Shown: positions 1 to 11,442 of the stretch, piece by piece
Position numbering within the stretch: position 1 is the first letter of the stretch
How the letters are laid out: every line of letters starts with the position of its first letter
NCBI RefSeq assembly: GCF_000493595.2
Contig: NC_022370.1
Reading direction: 5' to 3' (one strand)
Length of the DNA stretch: 24,000 nt
DNA from: Escherichia coli PMV-1
Lineage (GTDB): Bacteria > Pseudomonadota > Gammaproteobacteria > Enterobacterales > Enterobacteriaceae
Notes under the pieces: generated by a model
The model's input: the letters and a program-made list of their open reading frames with translations, nothing else
Told to the model about the DNA's origin: nothing
Database searches by the model: none
Translations under genes and position numbers: made by a program

Positions 1-1459
1 TCTCGACGATGGGAGCCGCCTGATACCCGCCGCCCAGCGATTTCATCAACTGAATGCTTTGGATCACCCGGCGGCTGTCCAGCATCAGTAATGACATCTC
101 TTCGGCAAGCACTGGCAACCGGGCTTCGGTGGCCTGTAAGCGGCTGGTTAAGCCGCGCTGATAGGCGGCCTCGGCTGCGCGCTGGGTGAAGCGCGTTGCT
201 TCTACGCGTTCAGCCTGCATCTCTCGCTCGTCGTTGAGCGTTTGCAGACGTGTGCCGTTGACGGCAACGTCACGCACCGCGTTCAGTACTGACTGGTTGT
301 AACGTTCAATCATCATGTTGCTGGCGGCGCGAGTGCCTTCGAGATTGGCATTCAACCGTCCACCGTCAAACAGCGGCAATTTCAGACCCGGGATGAAGTT
401 GAACTGGCGACTGGTTTTTTTGAATAAGGTATCCAGGTGGATGGAGTCCAGACCGAAAAACGCTTTGATATCAAAGCTCGGGTAGAACAGCGCCCGCGCG
501 GAATCCACCTGATCTAATGACGCCTGAACATACCAGCGCATGGCTTGCAGATCCGGGCGTCTGGCGAGCAACTCATAAGAGAGCGTTGCCGGAATGCCGG
601 TCTGTACTCGTGGTAATGCCACCGGTTTGATCTCCGGCATATCGCTGGCTCCCGCGCCAATCAATGCACGCAGAGATTCTCGCGTTTCAGTGATTTGCCC
701 TTTGACGGCAGCAATTTGTTTATCGACCGCCAGAATCTGTGCCCGCGCGCCGTGGAAAGGCACTTGCGCTTCCAGACCGTGCGCCACTTTACTCTGGTGC
801 GCTTTCACCGCGTAATCAATCACATCGCGAGTTTGTTCTAACAGATCGAGCATCTGATAGCTGGCCTGCATACTGTAATAAAGCTGCGCTACGCCCGTGG
901 TCAGCGATAGCTCTACTGCTGCGGTTTCTGCCAGCGCGGCATTATGCGCGCCAATGGCGGCAGCAACCGCTGAGCGATGCACACCCCACAAATCGAGATC
1001 CAGTCCGGCAAACAAACCGACTGTGGCTTCCGTATAGTACGGCCCGTCCATACCCAGTGCTGGCGCATCCATCGCATAAGGGCTTAAAAAGCCGTTCGCC
1101 GAGACGCGTTGGCGGTTGAGCATCCCTAACGCTGCGACCTGTAATTGTGAACCGGCATCTAACAAATCGGCCTGGGACTGCGCTTTTTCTTCCCGCAGTT
1201 TCGCTTCGGCGAGGGTGTGTGAACCACTTAGCGTCCGTTGGATCAGCGCATCCAGCTGCGGGTCATTGAGTTGTTTCCACCACTGCGCCTGCGGCCAGCC
1301 GGAGCTGGCAAGATGAATATCATCGGCCAGTTTGATTTGTTCCGGTTTGAGCTGTTGATGAGGCGCAGAATCCTTACGTACCAGGGCACAGCCGGAAATC
1401 AGCGTCGTGCTGCCGAGAATGCTGCACAACAGCAGACGTGAAAGTTGACGATTGATCAT
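1..1459 (-). CDS. mdtP: MdtP, outer-membrane factor lipoprotein of the MdtNOP efflux system (3' end cut off by the window edge by a few bases)
   Basis: Manual reverse-strand reading from the ATG (complement of 'cat' 1457..1459) gives MINRQLSRLLLCSILGSTTLISGC..., with a lipobox-like LISGC. The start overlaps the mdtO stop (ATGA). The frame stays open to the window edge (...GGGYQAAPIVE), which is why the complete-ORF track omits it. Confidence 0.93.
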   Translation of the reverse strand, partial: MINRQLSRLLLCSILGSTTLISGCALVRKDSAPHQQLKPEQIKLADDIHLASSGWPQAQWWKQLNDPQLDALIQRTLSGSHTLAEAKLREEKAQSQADLLDAGSQLQVAALGMLNRQRVSANGFLSPYAMDAPALGMDGPYYTEATVGLFAGLDLDLWGVHRSAVAAAIGAHNAALAETAAVELSLTTGVAQLYYSMQASYQMLDLLEQTRDVIDYAVKAHQSKVAHGLEAQVPFHGARAQILAVDKQIAAVKGQITETRESLRALIGAGASDMPEIKPVALPRVQTGIPATLSYELLARRPDLQAMRWYVQASLDQVDSARALFYPSFDIKAFFGLDSIHLDTLFKKTSRQFNFIPGLKLPLFDGGRLNANLEGTRAASNMMIERYNQSVLNAVRDVAVNGTRLQTLNDEREMQAERVEATRFTQRAAEAAYQRGLTSRLQATEARLPVLAEEMSLLMLDSRRVIQSIQLMKSLGGGYQAAPIVE

Positions 1460-3507
1460 TGCGTGGCTCCTTGTGCCTGTTCCGTGGCGGGCGTTAATGC
1501 CGGAGCTGTCCAGTCTGGCAAGCGGGCGAAAAGCTGGCAGACGTGTTGCTCCTGTTTTAATAAGGTGGGCAGGATGGCCTGCGAGGCGGGTGTTTCTTCA
1601 AGCGTTATTTGAGGAGAACGGCTGAGTGCGGTTGCCAGACCGGCAGCGTATTTCTCCAGGGCGTCGGCAAACTGACCTGCTCTGTCCGGCTGTAGTGCGT
1701 TATCCAGCGCCTGCGCCGAGTTCCAGGTGGCATCCCAGGCGTGAAGAATATCGCGGCCCTGACGAATAACCGTTTGCGAACGTTCAATCAGTAATGCGCG
1801 TTCTTCGCTGTCCAGTTGACGCTCCAGCACCACGCGTTGGCACATCTCTTCACAGGCATTAAACGCCGCATGCAGACCTATGCGAATTTGCAGATAAGTG
1901 CGCAGAGCCGTGACTTCCTGCTGGCGTGGGATCCGCATTACTTTACTCAACATACCCAGCGCGCCAGCCAGTTTTTGCGGCAGCGTGCGTGCTTCGCTTT
2001 CAGGCCAGACAAAGGTGTAAATCACCGCGGACACCACGGTACCAATGATGATACCCAGAGCGCGATCGCGAATTTCCACCAGGTCGTACACCGGGCCAAA
2101 AACGTTTTCGAGCGTGGCGAGCGCGAAGGTGACCACCATCTGTGTGCCGATATAAGAAGAGCGTTCAGAGCTGGTGGCAATCCATGCGCCCAACAGGAAA
2201 ATCGGTGCCAGCACAAACAGCAATTCGACAATATTGTCCAGCCAGGGCATGACCAGTAGCGTGAATAACAGTGCCAGAATCGCGCCGCAAAAGGCCCCAC
2301 CAAAACGCAGCACCATCTTCTGGTACGACGAACCGACATTTGGATTAGCGACGATCACGCAGGTCAGCATACAGGTGTGAATGCCTTCCCAGTCCACGCC
2401 GCTGTAGAAGGTGTAACAGATCAAACAGGCGAGCAGCGTTTTTACCGCGTAGCGCATATAGTCTGGATTGGTAAAAGCATCGGCGACCATTGATGGCGGT
2501 TTGGCTGCGGGCGTTGGCGGCGTATTCGGGTCCATCTGACCAAGCTGTAACAGCGTCTGGCAGATATTCTCCAGGTTACATTCCCGTGCCGCCATCGCTT
2601 CACTTTCACTGATCCGCCAGTCGCTTTGCCAGCACTGACCTTCGGCAATGGTATGTTGCAGCTTGTTGATTTCTGAGACTAATTTTTGCCGAAATTCAAT
2701 AATTGCCTGAGAATCAGCAAAAGAGGTGGGATCGTAGCGATTCAGCGTCGAGTAAATGTAGGTTACCGTTGCCACGCAGCTTTGCCACCATGCGCTCTGG
2801 GTTCGCCAGTTGGCATCATCCGCGAGGCAAAAGACATTGAGTTTTTGCAGCGCCAGCGCCTCTCTTTCAATCCGCGTTTCGGGTAGCGGTGCGAGGCTGT
2901 CCGTCAGGTGGCTAATGGCATCATCAAGCCGATCATTAAGCGCCTGATGCATCTGCGTAATGGCACGACTGGGAAACCACAGCACGCCGATTAACGTCAT
3001 CAGCAAGGTTGGATAGAGGCCAACAACGATACACCACAGCGTTAAGCGCACGACCACTTCCGGATAGTCGAGCATGGCGGGGAAGGTTTGCCCGTAAATA
3101 GCGACAATGGCGACGGCGAAAAAGACCAGTCCCAGCCGATGGGTGCGCATCAAAAACATGCAGCCCATCAGGATCGGCCCGGCGATGATCAATCGGATCA
3201 ACGGTTCGCCATATGACCATTTGTAGATCAAAAACAGGCTGCCGATCTCCAGCACCGTGGCAACCACAAACAAGATCGCGACAAATTTGGTGTAAAACGC
3301 GTTCGACTGAATACCGTAAAACAGCACTGCCAGTGATAACGCCACAAAAGGGATCTCAAAAGTCATCGAGATCAGAATCACCAGCAGGCAGCCTACCCAG
3401 AGTTGCATAGTCTGTGGCACGCGCCCTGGTCGCCGCTCGCTTAACTCTTCATGAAAGAACGCCAGCAGCCTGACCACCGGTAATGGCAGGGAGTTGAGCG
3501 CGCTCAT
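1456..3507 (-). CDS. mdtO: MdtO, FUSC/aromatic acid exporter-like inner-membrane efflux protein
   Basis: 683-aa ORF with multiple hydrophobic segments in two blocks; sequence recognised as MdtO (MSALNSLPLPVVRLLAFFHEELSERRPGR...). Confidence 0.96.
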   Translation of the reverse strand: MSALNSLPLPVVRLLAFFHEELSERRPGRVPQTMQLWVGCLLVILISMTFEIPFVALSLAVLFYGIQSNAFYTKFVAILFVVATVLEIGSLFLIYKWSYGEPLIRLIIAGPILMGCMFLMRTHRLGLVFFAVAIVAIYGQTFPAMLDYPEVVVRLTLWCIVVGLYPTLLMTLIGVLWFPSRAITQMHQALNDRLDDAISHLTDSLAPLPETRIEREALALQKLNVFCLADDANWRTQSAWWQSCVATVTYIYSTLNRYDPTSFADSQAIIEFRQKLVSEINKLQHTIAEGQCWQSDWRISESEAMAARECNLENICQTLLQLGQMDPNTPPTPAAKPPSMVADAFTNPDYMRYAVKTLLACLICYTFYSGVDWEGIHTCMLTCVIVANPNVGSSYQKMVLRFGGAFCGAILALLFTLLVMPWLDNIVELLFVLAPIFLLGAWIATSSERSSYIGTQMVVTFALATLENVFGPVYDLVEIRDRALGIIIGTVVSAVIYTFVWPESEARTLPQKLAGALGMLSKVMRIPRQQEVTALRTYLQIRIGLHAAFNACEEMCQRVVLERQLDSEERALLIERSQTVIRQGRDILHAWDATWNSAQALDNALQPDRAGQFADALEKYAAGLATALSRSPQITLEETPASQAILPTLLKQEQHVCQLFARLPDWTAPALTPATEQAQGATQ

Positions 3508-4538
3508 TATTGTGGCTCAAGATTAGCGACTGCCGAAGCGCCGATGCGGAACATTTCCGGGTCAGGTTTATCAACCATGATTTTGACCGGAAAACGCTGG
3601 GCAACGCGGACCCAGTTAATAGACCGTGACACTTTCGGCAGGCCGCCCAGCACCAGGCCGCCGTCATCCGGTAGCACGCCGTAGCCAATCGAATCCACTT
3701 TACCCTCGAAGGTTTTGCCGCTGTCGCTCATCAGGCGAATGGTTGCGAGTGTACCCGAGCGAATATTTTTCAGATCAGTTTCGCGGAAGTTGGCAATCAC
3801 GTACCAGTGACGAGTGTCGATTAGAGTGAAAATAGGGCGCATCGCAGATGCAAACTGCCCGACGGAGGTTTTGAGGGAAATGACCCGGCCATCAAACGGC
3901 GCGCGAACGGTCGCCATTTCCAGATGCAGTTTCGTCAACGCAATATCCGCTTCGACTGCCGCACGTTGCGCCACCAGCGCATCCACGCCGCTGACGGAGC
4001 TGGCGGCTGACTGCGCCTGCAACAATACGGCATTAAGGTCCGCTTCTGCCGCACGCTGTGCGGTTCTTGCACGGTCAACCTCTTCCGCAGAAACAAAACC
4101 TTCTCGCAGTAGCGGTTCGGTACGGCGTAACGTATCGCTGGCTTGTTTCGCGGCGGCACGGGCTTTTTCTACCGTGGCATTAACCGAGTCGGCACCAAAC
4201 TGTTGTGCGTCAACGCTACGCTGGGTGAGCATAATTTGCTTATCCAGCGCCGCGAGGGAGGCTTCAGCTTTCGCCAGATTGGCTTCGTACGGGCGCGGGT
4301 CAATGCGGAACAGCAAATCGCCCTGTTTCACCGCCTGGTTGTCGGTGACCGCCAGTTCTACAATGCGACCGCTGACTTCCGGCACCACATCAATGGTATC
4401 TGCTGACGCGTAAGCGTCATTAGTTGATGGCGCACTGTCTACGCGCCAGATAACGAAAACAAGGGCAACCAGCGCCAACGCAACCACTAACAGAGCAGGG
4501 AATTTACTGCGAGGAGCTTTTTTCGGCGTACTTTCCAT
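3507..4538 (-). CDS. mdtN: MdtN, HlyD/membrane-fusion periplasmic adaptor
   Basis: 343-aa ORF with N-terminal TM anchor (FPALLVVALALVALVFVIWRV), lipoyl-like motif VPEVSGRIVELAVTDNQAVKQGDLLFRIDP and coiled-coil region. Abuts mdtO. Confidence 0.96.
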   Translation of the reverse strand: MESTPKKAPRSKFPALLVVALALVALVFVIWRVDSAPSTNDAYASADTIDVVPEVSGRIVELAVTDNQAVKQGDLLFRIDPRPYEANLAKAEASLAALDKQIMLTQRSVDAQQFGADSVNATVEKARAAAKQASDTLRRTEPLLREGFVSAEEVDRARTAQRAAEADLNAVLLQAQSAASSVSGVDALVAQRAAVEADIALTKLHLEMATVRAPFDGRVISLKTSVGQFASAMRPIFTLIDTRHWYVIANFRETDLKNIRSGTLATIRLMSDSGKTFEGKVDSIGYGVLPDDGGLVLGGLPKVSRSINWVRVAQRFPVKIMVDKPDPEMFRIGASAVANLEPQ

Positions 4539-4556
4539 GAGCGCGTCTCAAATAGA

Positions 4557-4832
4557 TTAGAAAAATGCCAGCCAGAACAGCATGGCGTAGAGAGCAAAAA
4601 GGGCGGTATAAATAATTCCGACAAATGCCAGATTGATATTTGTCCGCTGAATAATTCGCCTCGTGATGAGCGTCAAAATAAGGCTGGCAATAGCGCAGAA
4701 AAACCAGCCGGGATAATAAGCGCCGATCACCGGGATTGCCGGAGATAATGAGCATCCCGAAACCATGAAGACGGGAATTATCCAGGCTGTTTTTTTGAGT
4801 TGCATCGCCATGCGAGAGAGAACTGTTGGCAT
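4557..4832 (-). CDS. ytcA: YtcA, small membrane lipoprotein upstream of mdtN
   Basis: 91-aa protein starting MPTVLSRMAMQLKKT... (16 aa downstream of the track start), lipobox VSGC and two further hydrophobic segments. Confidence 0.85.
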   Translation of the reverse strand: MPTVLSRMAMQLKKTAWIIPVFMVSGCSLSPAIPVIGAYYPGWFFCAIASLILTLITRRIIQRTNINLAFVGIIYTALFALYAMLFWLAFF

Positions 4833-5002
4833 ATTAAATACATCCTGTCTGCTGCGAACAATATCTGTAGTGAATATCAATATCCATTGAAGGCGTCAGT
4901 ATGGCTATTTTCTCGATGAATAAAAATAGCTTTATTCAGCCACCGCATTCATAACTTATATATTTTATTTATTAATTGGCTGTATATATTTTTAAAGCAA
5001 AT

Positions 5003-5031
5003 GCTTTGGGGGCTTCAGCGCCCCCAAAAGC
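5003..5031 (-). terminator. GC-rich stem-loop just after the yjcS stop codon, possible transcription terminator
   Basis: tttgggggc (5005..5013) pairs with gcccccaaa (5020..5028) across a 6-nt loop, located about 10 nt past the yjcS stop. Neither strand has a clean T-tract, so termination is uncertain. Confidence 0.5.
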
Positions 5032-5039
5032 GAGTGACA

Positions 5040-7025
5040 TTAATTTGGGGTTACGATATTCACCCACAAATCGAAATTATCCAGACAGGCGATAATTTCT
5101 TCCAGTTTCGCGCCATTGCCAATAATTTTGGCTTTCTTCGCTTTCACCTGATCGGCCATTTTTGCCTGTCCGGTCAGCACGGCGTGCAGATCTTCACGGC
5201 TGATGTAGAAAGAGGCGTCAGCTTGCGGTTGCAGTGTTTTACGGTAGTTAAGCACGCTATCGTTCAGCGTCAGGTTGAGGTTATCGCCGTTGCTCATATT
5301 GAAGTTCAGGCTGATATTTTTACCCGCGGCTTTCACGCTATCGAGGCGAACGGACATAAAGTCGAACAGCATTTCGACCGACATCCCGCGAATGGTGTCC
5401 GGGGAACCGGTGGTGCCGTGGCTGAACTTATGCACCCCTTCGCGCAGCTCTTTCGCGCCGGTCAGGTAGAAACCGCGCCAGGTGGCGGACTCGGCCTGAT
5501 AGCCCAGCTGTTCAAAATTATTCGCTTGCAGATTCTTCGCGACCTGGTCACCCGGGTTGGCGGCAATCACCTGTTTCAGCAGTTCTGCCGACCAGCGATA
5601 ATCACCTTGCTTGTTCGCTTCTTGCGCCAGGTTGATGACGCGGGCAGAACCGCCCAGCGCCTGCACGTAACGTTTACCCATCTCCACCTGACCATACGGA
5701 TGCAGGTTAGCCGGGTTACCGTCGTAATAGCCAAGATAGAAGTTATACACCGCGCGGGCGTTGTGGCTGACAGAACCGTAATAGCCGCGGCTGGCCCAGT
5801 TATTGGCAAGCGCAGGCGGCAGCTTAATCATGTCGCCGATTTCATTCATGGTGTAGCCCTGGTTCGCCAGGTGCAGGGTCTGGTCGTGAATGTACTTGAT
5901 AGTATCGCGATATTTACCAATATAATCATTGATATGCTTATTGCCCCAGACCGGCCAGGTGTGCGGCATAAACAGCACTTCCGCGTCGTTACCCCACATA
6001 TCCAACGTTTCGTTCAGATACTCGGTCCACTTGCTGGTGTCGCGGGTTTTCGCGCCGCGCAGGGTGTAGAAGTTGTGCAGGGTATGCGTGGCATTCTCGG
6101 CGGTACACAGGGCTTTCAGGGCCGGAATATAGAAGTGCATTTCCGCTGGCGCTTCGCTACCTGGGGTCATCAGGAAGTCAAACTCCAGGCCGTCGATAAT
6201 CATCTTCTCGCCAGTTCTCACGATAGTTTTAGTCGGTGCAATAATGCTTGGGTCGCCGGTTGCCAGCGTCACGCCGAGGCCGTTGCCCACGTTGCCTTGC
6301 GCGTTGTGCGGCAGTAACAGACCGTAAGAGTAGAGCGCACGGCGGCTCATGATGTTACCCGCCAGCACGTTTTCGCTGATGGCTTCGTCCATAAAGCCAG
6401 CTGGAGCAATCACCTGAACTTTGCCGGATTTAACATCGGCTTCAGAGATAATACCTTTCACGCCGCCGTAGTGGTCGGCGTGGCTGTGAGTGTAGATAAC
6501 GGCAACAATCGGTTTTTGCGGACGATGCTGGAAGTAAAGGTCAAGTGCGGCTTTTGCGGCAGGTGGCGTCACCAGTGGGTCAATAACAATAATGCCTTTC
6601 TCGCCCTCAACGAACGTAATGTTAGAGATATCCTGGCCGCGCACCTGATACATTTTATCGGTGACTTTGAACAGGCCAGAAATGCCGTTGATCTGCGACT
6701 GACGCCACAGGCTGGGGTTTACGGTTTCCGGCGCAGCGGCATTAATATCAAATTTGTAATCATTCGCGCGGTAGTAAATTTTACCGTTCGCATCACGCAG
6801 AATACCTTCATCCAGCAGCGGAGCGATAAATCCACGCTGAGCATCGTCAAAATCCTGGCGATCGCCAAACGGTAATGATTTGGCGTAATTCTGATTAACC
6901 TGTTGGGTATATTGAGTGGCGGCTTTCGCCTCATCTGTTGCGTAAGCGGTATTTATCATCATGCCGCTGGCGGCAGTGAACGCAATAACAATCCTGCTCA
7001 AACGGAATAACCGAGAGTTATTCAT
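5040..7025 (-). CDS. yjcS: YjcS, SdsA-like linear alkylsulfatase, metallo-beta-lactamase fold with C-terminal SCP2-like domain
   Basis: 661-aa protein from [16 protein letters not shown]... with a signal peptide-like N-terminus; zinc-binding motif [10 protein letters not shown]; known YjcS sequence. The track start is 4 codons upstream. Confidence 0.93.
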   Translation of the reverse strand: MNNSRLFRLSRIVIAFTAASGMMINTAYATDEAKAATQYTQQVNQNYAKSLPFGDRQDFDDAQRGFIAPLLDEGILRDANGKIYYRANDYKFDINAAAPETVNPSLWRQSQINGISGLFKVTDKMYQVRGQDISNITFVEGEKGIIVIDPLVTPPAAKAALDLYFQHRPQKPIVAVIYTHSHADHYGGVKGIISEADVKSGKVQVIAPAGFMDEAISENVLAGNIMSRRALYSYGLLLPHNAQGNVGNGLGVTLATGDPSIIAPTKTIVRTGEKMIIDGLEFDFLMTPGSEAPAEMHFYIPALKALCTAENATHTLHNFYTLRGAKTRDTSKWTEYLNETLDMWGNDAEVLFMPHTWPVWGNKHINDYIGKYRDTIKYIHDQTLHLANQGYTMNEIGDMIKLPPALANNWASRGYYGSVSHNARAVYNFYLGYYDGNPANLHPYGQVEMGKRYVQALGGSARVINLAQEANKQGDYRWSAELLKQVIAANPGDQVAKNLQANNFEQLGYQAESATWRGFYLTGAKELREGVHKFSHGTTGSPDTIRGMSVEMLFDFMSVRLDSVKAAGKNISLNFNMSNGDNLNLTLNDSVLNYRKTLQPQADASFYISREDLHAVLTGQAKMADQVKAKKAKIIGNGAKLEEIIACLDNFDLWVNIVTPN

Positions 7026-7256
7026 ATAAATCTCCATTTATCATTTATGTCGTAAATATGTAATCCATGCAAAATACGTCATTTAAAGCTGGCGTTATCA
7101 TAATTCTGAAATTGCGACTTTAATAAGTGGAAGTGTGAGCGGAACGAGCCATTTTATTAGGCATTTGTGCTGAAGAGGGAAAATTACAGTAGAACTATCA
7201 TTGCTGGGAATAATATGGGCTGTTTTATGTAATTATTATATATATATTGTACCTGT

Positions 7257-7293
7257 CGTTGGCACAGCGGGACATTGCGCTACTGTGCCAACG
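7257..7293. repeat. Perfect 11-bp inverted repeat between alsK and yjcS
   Basis: cgttggcacag (7257..7267) and ctgtgccaacg (7283..7293), separated by 15 nt. Confidence 0.75.
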
Positions 7294-7299
7294 CTTTAC

Positions 7300-8908
<1,609 letters not shown>

Positions 8909-8918
8909 GTTCAATTCC

Positions 8919-9899
8919 TTACTTACTGATAAGACGGTCAAGGGCGACAGCCGCGATAATTAATCCGCCCATCACCACCAGTTGGTAATAGGTTTGTACC
9001 TGCAAAATATTCAGACCGTTGTTGATGGTGCCGATGATCAACCCGCCAATCACCACAGAGAAAATGCGCCCCTTGCCGCCGAAGAAACTGGTGCCGCCAA
9101 TGATGGCGCTGGCAATGGCATAGGTTTCAAAACCCATACCGGCAAGCGGTTCTGCGGCACCGAGTCGTGCAGTTGAGACGACGCCTGCCAGACCTGCACA
9201 AACACCGGAGATGATAAACACCACCAGGATGTGGAATTTCACGTCAATCCCGGAATAGAACGCCGAGTTTTTGTTGCCGCCCAGTGCGTAGATGTTGCGC
9301 CCGAGCCGCATACGCGTTGTCAGAAACCAAAGGATGAGCGCGACAATTAGCGAGAAGATAACGGGGACAGGTATCCCAATTACGCTGGCGGCAAAGAAGT
9401 TCACGAAGTCAAATGAGAAGCCGTATACCGAGTTGGCATCGGAGATCACCAGCGTGATCCCACGGAAAATAGCGTTGGTGCCAAGGGTGATAATGAACGG
9501 GTGTAGTCCCGTCCAGTTGACCAGGCAGCCGTTGATCGCCCCCAGTGCGCCGCCAACCAGTACACCGCCAATTAGCGCCGCGAGAAACGGATCAATACCT
9601 GCCAACATCAGTTTAGCGGTCACCATACCGGAAAGCGCCAGAATCGCGCCAACCTAAAGGTCGATACCGGCGACCAGGATAGCGAAGAATTCCCCCATGC
9701 CGATCAGTACCGTCACGGAGCTTTGCACAAAAATCTGGGTAATATTATTGGTGGTCAGAAAATATTCTGACGACAGCGAACCAAAAATGGCGACGATGAT
9801 CGCCAGGATAAAAAAGGTGCCGTATTTATCCCAGAACAGCGCAAAGTTGAACGGTTTCTTCTCGCTCGCTTCGCTTTTTACTCGTGTGGTAAAGCCCAT
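8919..9899 (-). pseudogene. alsC: AlsC, D-allose ABC transporter permease, interrupted by an in-frame amber codon at 9654..9656
   Basis: ORFs 9654..9899 (81 aa, ...AILVAGIDL*) and 8919..9626 (235 aa, MVTAKLM...) lie in the same frame. Together they span 981 bp, the expected 326-codon gene. Reverse-strand reading across the junction: GTC GCC GGT ATC GAC CTT TAG GTT GGC GCG ATT CTG GCG. Confidence 0.9.
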
Positions 9900-11410
9900 G
9901 CCATAATCTCCTCTTCGCTCATGTCATCGCGATTGGTCAGGATTTGCGTCAGTCGTCCTTCGCAGAACACGGCGATGCGGTCGCAGACGGTGATAATTTC
10001 AGGTAGTTCAGATGACACCATCAGGATGACTTTTCCGTCGTCCGCCAGTTGGCGCATCACTTTGTAAATTTCGGCTTTCGCGCCAACATCGATGCCACGG
10101 GTAGGTTCATCGAAAATGATCACTTCCGGGCGACAGCACAGCCATTTGGAGATCAGGACTTTCTGCTGGTTACCGCCGGAGAGTTCAGTGATGTTCTGGT
10201 TTACCGAATGACATTTCAGCGCCAGCAGTTCGCGTTGATTTTCAGCGGTACGTTGCTCGTCAACTTCATGAAACAACCCCATCGCGCCTTTATAGCCGCC
10301 GTCTTTCAGACTGCAGCTGATAGCCATGTTCTGAGCGATAGAAAAGTTGGGGAAAAAGCCGTTATCCCGGCGGCTTTCAGTGATGTAAGCCATCCCTTTT
10401 TTCACGGCATCCAGGGGAGAACGTGGAGAGATATCTTTGCCATTAAGACGGATTTCTCCGCCAGCGCGTTTATCAACGCCAAACAGGCAGTTCATCAGTT
10501 CAGTACGTCCGGAACCGACCAGTCCGGCAAAGCCTAATATTTCTCCCCGGCAGACGCTAAATGAGATATCCCGGACCTTTTTTCTGTCACGGCTGGTGAC
10601 GTTGCGCACCTCAAAAACCGTATCGTGCGCAAGGTTGCTGACATTCTCCTTCATCGCGTTAAAACGGTTTTGCAATTCGCGGCCTACCATCAGACGGACG
10701 ATATCGTCATTTGACACATCGCTCACCATGCCGCTGCAAACGCTGCTGCCGTCTTTCATCACCGTATAGCGGTCGCAAATACGGCGAATTTCCGCCAATT
10801 TATGCGAGATATAGACGATGGCCGTACCCTCCTTACGCAACTGATTCATGATCAGAAACAGATAGTCCACCTCTTTATTGGTGAGTGAGGAGGTGGGTTC
10901 ATCCATGATGATGACTTTGGCATCGAGCATCAGCGTTTTGGCAATTTCCAGCATCTGCTTGTGGCTGATAGATAAATTCGCCACTTTCTCATCTAAATCA
11001 ACTTTCAAGCCCACGCGTAATAACATCATGGCGGCGCGGACACGCATTTCTCGCCAGTCGATAATATTGACGCCACAGATTTTTTTCGTCAGATGACGAC
11101 CAATATATAAATTTTCCAGTACGGTTAATTCATCAATAACGCTGAGTTCCTGATAAATAATCCCGATACCGAGTTGTGCCGCTAATTTATGATCCAGTTT
11201 GTTATAGTTAATGTTATTAATGGTAATGGTGCCTTTGGTCGGCTCATGTATCCCGGATAACACTTTCATTAGCGTAGATTTACCCGCACCATTTTCTCCT
11301 AGTAATGCATGTATTTCACCAGGATAAACCGTTAAATTAACCGACTTTAATGCGTGAACCGGACCAAAGGACTTGCCGATCCCCGCCATCGATATATATG
11401 GCGTGGCCAT
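9878..11410 (-). CDS. alsA: AlsA, D-allose ABC transporter ATP-binding protein (two ABC domains)
   Basis: 510-aa ORF; Walker A GENGAGKST, second-half GLVGSGRTE, signature LSGGNQQK, Walker B VIIFDEPTRGID. Confidence 0.96.
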   Translation of the reverse strand: MATPYISMAGIGKSFGPVHALKSVNLTVYPGEIHALLGENGAGKSTLMKVLSGIHEPTKGTITINNINYNKLDHKLAAQLGIGIIYQELSVIDELTVLENLYIGRHLTKKICGVNIIDWREMRVRAAMMLLRVGLKVDLDEKVANLSISHKQMLEIAKTLMLDAKVIIMDEPTSSLTNKEVDYLFLIMNQLRKEGTAIVYISHKLAEIRRICDRYTVMKDGSSVCSGMVSDVSNDDIVRLMVGRELQNRFNAMKENVSNLAHDTVFEVRNVTSRDRKKVRDISFSVCRGEILGFAGLVGSGRTELMNCLFGVDKRAGGEIRLNGKDISPRSPLDAVKKGMAYITESRRDNGFFPNFSIAQNMAISCSLKDGGYKGAMGLFHEVDEQRTAENQRELLALKCHSVNQNITELSGGNQQKVLISKWLCCRPEVIIFDEPTRGIDVGAKAEIYKVMRQLADDGKVILMVSSELPEIITVCDRIAVFCEGRLTQILTNRDDMSEEEIMAWALPHE

Positions 11411-11442
11411 AAATAACCTCTCTGCACGAAATATCGTATTAT

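Noticed and set aside
1-1459. Apparent absence of an mdtP ORF in the provided track, suggesting a pseudogene
   Set aside because: The gene runs off the window edge so the complete-ORF track omits it. Had there been an internal stop beyond the first 60 codons, a truncated minus-strand ORF starting at 1459 should have been listed, and none is.
3814-4413. 199-aa plus-strand ORF opposite mdtN
   Set aside because: Antisense shadow of mdtN; low-complexity Ala/Ser/Arg-rich composition typical of mirrored frames.
5001-6317. 438-aa plus-strand ORF opposite yjcS
   Set aside because: Entirely antisense to the well-supported yjcS coding sequence; long mirror-frame ORFs are common in such codon composition. 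No recognisable domain or supporting start context.
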